From Octopus sinensis (taxonomy: Eukaryota): DNA of 64,000 bases. Positions within the stretch are counted from its first letter, which is position 1; each line of letters opens with the position of its first letter. The stretch covers positions 20,956,001 to 21,020,000 of the forward strand of contig NC_043007.1 of the NCBI RefSeq assembly GCF_006345805.1, written 5' to 3'. The position numbers and the translations under genes were made by a program. Positions 60,568 to 64,000 of this stretch are shown here, piece by piece. The notes below the pieces were generated by a model, which was not told where the DNA came from, did no database searches, and was given only the letters and a program-made list of their open reading frames with translations.

Positions 60568-62210
60568 ACACAAACATATATATATATCAATTTAAAATTC
60601 ATTAAGTGTAACTTCGAAGTTCTGCTACAGTTTAACTCTATAGGAGTAGGGAGTCCATATTTTTCAGTTAATGCTCAGTTTTTAAACCTCTAAAAATATC
60701 CTTTTGCTGTGTATGTGTGTGTGTGTGTGGTGTGTGTGTGTGTGGTGTATGAACATACATACAGATATGTACTGATATATTGTAGTATGCAAATATATGC
60801 ATATATGGATGTGTGTGTATACACATACACACTCAAACATGTGTATGTGTTCATTAATATATTATATATATATTATATATATATATATATATACACACAC
60901 AAATGAATATATATACTATTATATATATGTGCATATATATACATACATGTTATATATATATATATACACACCATAATATATATGCACATACATACATATA
61001 TAATATATATATATATATAATTAATTAATAAGGGTGAGAGAATTAGATACTAATTTAATAGTATATCATTCATATATTATATATACATATTTACATACAT
61101 GCATACATATATATTATACATAATATAGATATATATATACACACATATACATACATATTTATATACACACACACACACACATATATTGCGTTTAAATATT
61201 GTATATCATAACATCAATTTATGTATTCAATGCATTTAAAAATATTGTTGAACAGAAGTGATTTTCGTTGAGAAGTGGAGCGGGGGTGGGGCTCTCGAAT
61301 CTAAACCCAACTGGGGGGGGGGGTTAAATTAGTAATTCAGTTGTTCTTTTGTTCTGCTTTACTAACAACTAAGATGAGGGGTGGGGGAAATGCAAGCAAA
61401 TAATGAAATAAACGGAAGAATATAATTGAAAATAAGTCAGCATCTTTGAATCCCTTTTTAAAACGAAAGCTTCTAGTTTTTATCAACCTCGTATCGGGTG
61501 TAGAAATAGTTTAATTTCTATTACGAATAATTAGAGAATTAAGCAATTAGCCAGTATTATTTTTCGTGTGATAGTTTATGAAAATAACCTCGGTAATTAG
61601 GATGTTCCTAAAAGGCAAAAAAAAAAACGATTTAAGGCAATTTGGTAGGTACTTAAAATCGTGTAGTATTTCCTCATACTAAATTCATTCATTGGTTTTG
61701 TTATTTTAACTTACGAGCACTTTTACTCTTGGTAATTAATTAATTGTGTGTGGAAGTTCCTAATTGAAAAACCCTCACCGACGAGGAAACCTCGGGTTCC
61801 GGTTTTCTCTCAAAGCTAAATTTTATCTATAAATTTACAATTTCTATAAGAATAATAATAATAATAAAGAAAATGAATGAAGCACACAGTCTAAAAGTGG
61901 ACTGACTTAATCGTAAAAATAAAATACATACATACATATATATACATGTGTGTGTGTGTTCATGGATAAAATATATATGCAGCATATTATAAATGCTATT
62001 ATATATATATATGCTATATATATATATATTATACATATTTATATACATAGATATTACATATGCTTTATATATATTTATACTTTATATATTATATATGCAA
62101 TATATATACAAGTATATATGTTATATAAGCTATCTCTCTCTCTCTCTCTTTCTCTCTATATATATATACATATATATATATACATACATATATATATATA
62201 CATACATATG

Positions 62211-62255
<45 letters not shown>

Positions 62256-62470
62256 ATATGTATAAAATCAATATAAACAGCAGTTTGCAGTGTTTCACCA
62301 ACAAGGAGAATTATGATTGTCACTAAATGTGACTTGGGTGTTTAAGAAACACCTACATTGCAAATAACAAGAGCCTGACTACAGCATTAGAGCATTTTAG
62401 CTCCTATTTCTAGCAATGTAGAGTGTTTCTAACACCCTACTCACATTCAGTAACAATACACACACACATA

Positions 62471-62539
<69 letters not shown>

Positions 62540-62898
62540 ATGTATATATATTATATGCTTACTCTGGTATTCTTTAATATTCTTCATAAATTCCCTCAAA
62601 TTATGTTCACCTCTACACAAATGAAACCGTTTCTGCTTATTTCTAGCAATCAAATCATCCACATCACAAAACAAAATGTTCCCACATTTCACCAACTTTT
62701 GCTCTTCGTTGATCACGACTTATTCTTCAAAAACAATTAAATTCAATTAATTAATTAATAATATCATAAATTCATTAGGAGAGTCATGTAAGAAAAATAA
62801 CAAACACCATCAAAGTACCTACAAGAAACTTCTAAAAGGATTCAAAATTAAAAGAATTCTGTGTTAGGTGTCATGTTTAGTTTTTAAATATTTTCCCT

Positions 62899-62909
62899 TA
62901 TTATTATTA

Positions 62910-62946
<37 letters not shown>

Positions 62947-63255
62947 TATTATTATCATTATTATTATTACTGTTATTATTATTACTATTATTATTGTTAT
63001 CATTATTATTACTATTATTATTATTACTATTATCATTACTATTATTATTATTACTATTATCATTATCATTACTATTATTATTATTATTGTTATTATTATC
63101 ATCATTATTATTACTATTATTATTATTGTTATTATTATCATTATCATTATTATTACTATTATTATTATTATTACTATTATCATTATTATTACTATTATTA
63201 TTGTTATTACTATTATTATTACTATTGTTATTATTATTATTATTGTTGTTGTTCT
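62899..63255. repeat. Degenerate (TTA)n triplet array
   Basis: Direct reading. Confidence 0.95.
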
Positions 63256-63629
63256 TGGTGTAGAGGGTGTCTTTTTTTTAACTCGAATTTTAGAAAGGAT
63301 ATGTAAAAAAAAATCTGAAGTGTAAAATGAATAGAAAACAAAAAAAAGTAAAGATTTATAATAATAATAATAATAATAATATTGATAACAATATATGATA
63401 TCTAGGTGTATGTAGAAGGAGGATATTGCCATATTTCCGGAAATAGCTTGGAAGAACAGAGAGAAAGGCAAAGATGGTTGACAAAAATACACTTATGTGT
63501 GTGTGTGTGTATACATATGTATATTTATAGACTGAATTAGGTGTGTGTGTGGGGGGGGTATATTATTATAGTTTAGGGTTGTTGTTTTCTTGACTTCATA
63601 AAGTACATTTCGACATTGCTGCCAATGTA

Positions 63630-63748
63630 TATATATATACATGCATATATATACATATATATATATATATGTATATACGTATATATATATTATATATATA
63701 TATATGTGTATACATATATATATACATGCATATATATACATATATATG

Positions 63749-63811
<63 letters not shown>

Positions 63812-63812
63812 C

Positions 63813-63851
<39 letters not shown>

Positions 63852-63950
63852 GTATATATATATATGTATATATATATGTGTAGATATATGTATATATATA
63901 TGTGTAGATATATGTATATATATGTGTGTGTGTATATATATATATATTAT
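63630..63950. repeat. (TA)n-dominated microsatellite
   Basis: Direct reading. Confidence 0.95.
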
Positions 63951-64000
63951 TTGATCAAATTATATCGATATTTCTTCAAATTGTTCTGCTGTCTTGAGAC

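Noticed and set aside
2190-63954. The many ORF-track entries rich in CV, HT, IY, poly-S, poly-D or poly-L
   Set aside because: They are translations of di-, tri- and tetranucleotide microsatellites that lack stop codons by composition.

Overview
Eukaryotic, AT-rich, repeat-dominated DNA with no complete host gene visible. The SINE families, (GAT)n-tailed RTE copies and very dense (TA)/(TG)/triplet microsatellites point to an octopus (cephalopod) genome; this is an inference from recalled family sequences, not a database search. Main contents: (1) a near full-length RTE-clade LINE on the minus strand (~33500-38525; endonuclease + RT + PHD-like finger, tandemly expanded 3' UTR) whose five frameshifts all look like single-base homopolymer losses; (2) many tRNA-headed SINEs of at least 3 families and 5'-truncated copies of the RTE 3' UTR; (3) non-autonomous DNA elements (Helitron-like, mariner, Tc1, piggyBac-like); (4) old LINE relics, a degenerate tRNA-Glu, tandem duplications and minisatellites; (5) three long fold-back palindromes beside (TA)n tracts. 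In two of these the axis lies right at the 5' edge of a variant type I hammerhead-ribozyme-like motif, which is the most interesting signal. Host-gene evidence is limited to weak exon candidates, an RFX X-box and a Thr/Ala mucin-like ORF. Almost all ORF-track entries are microsatellite artefacts.
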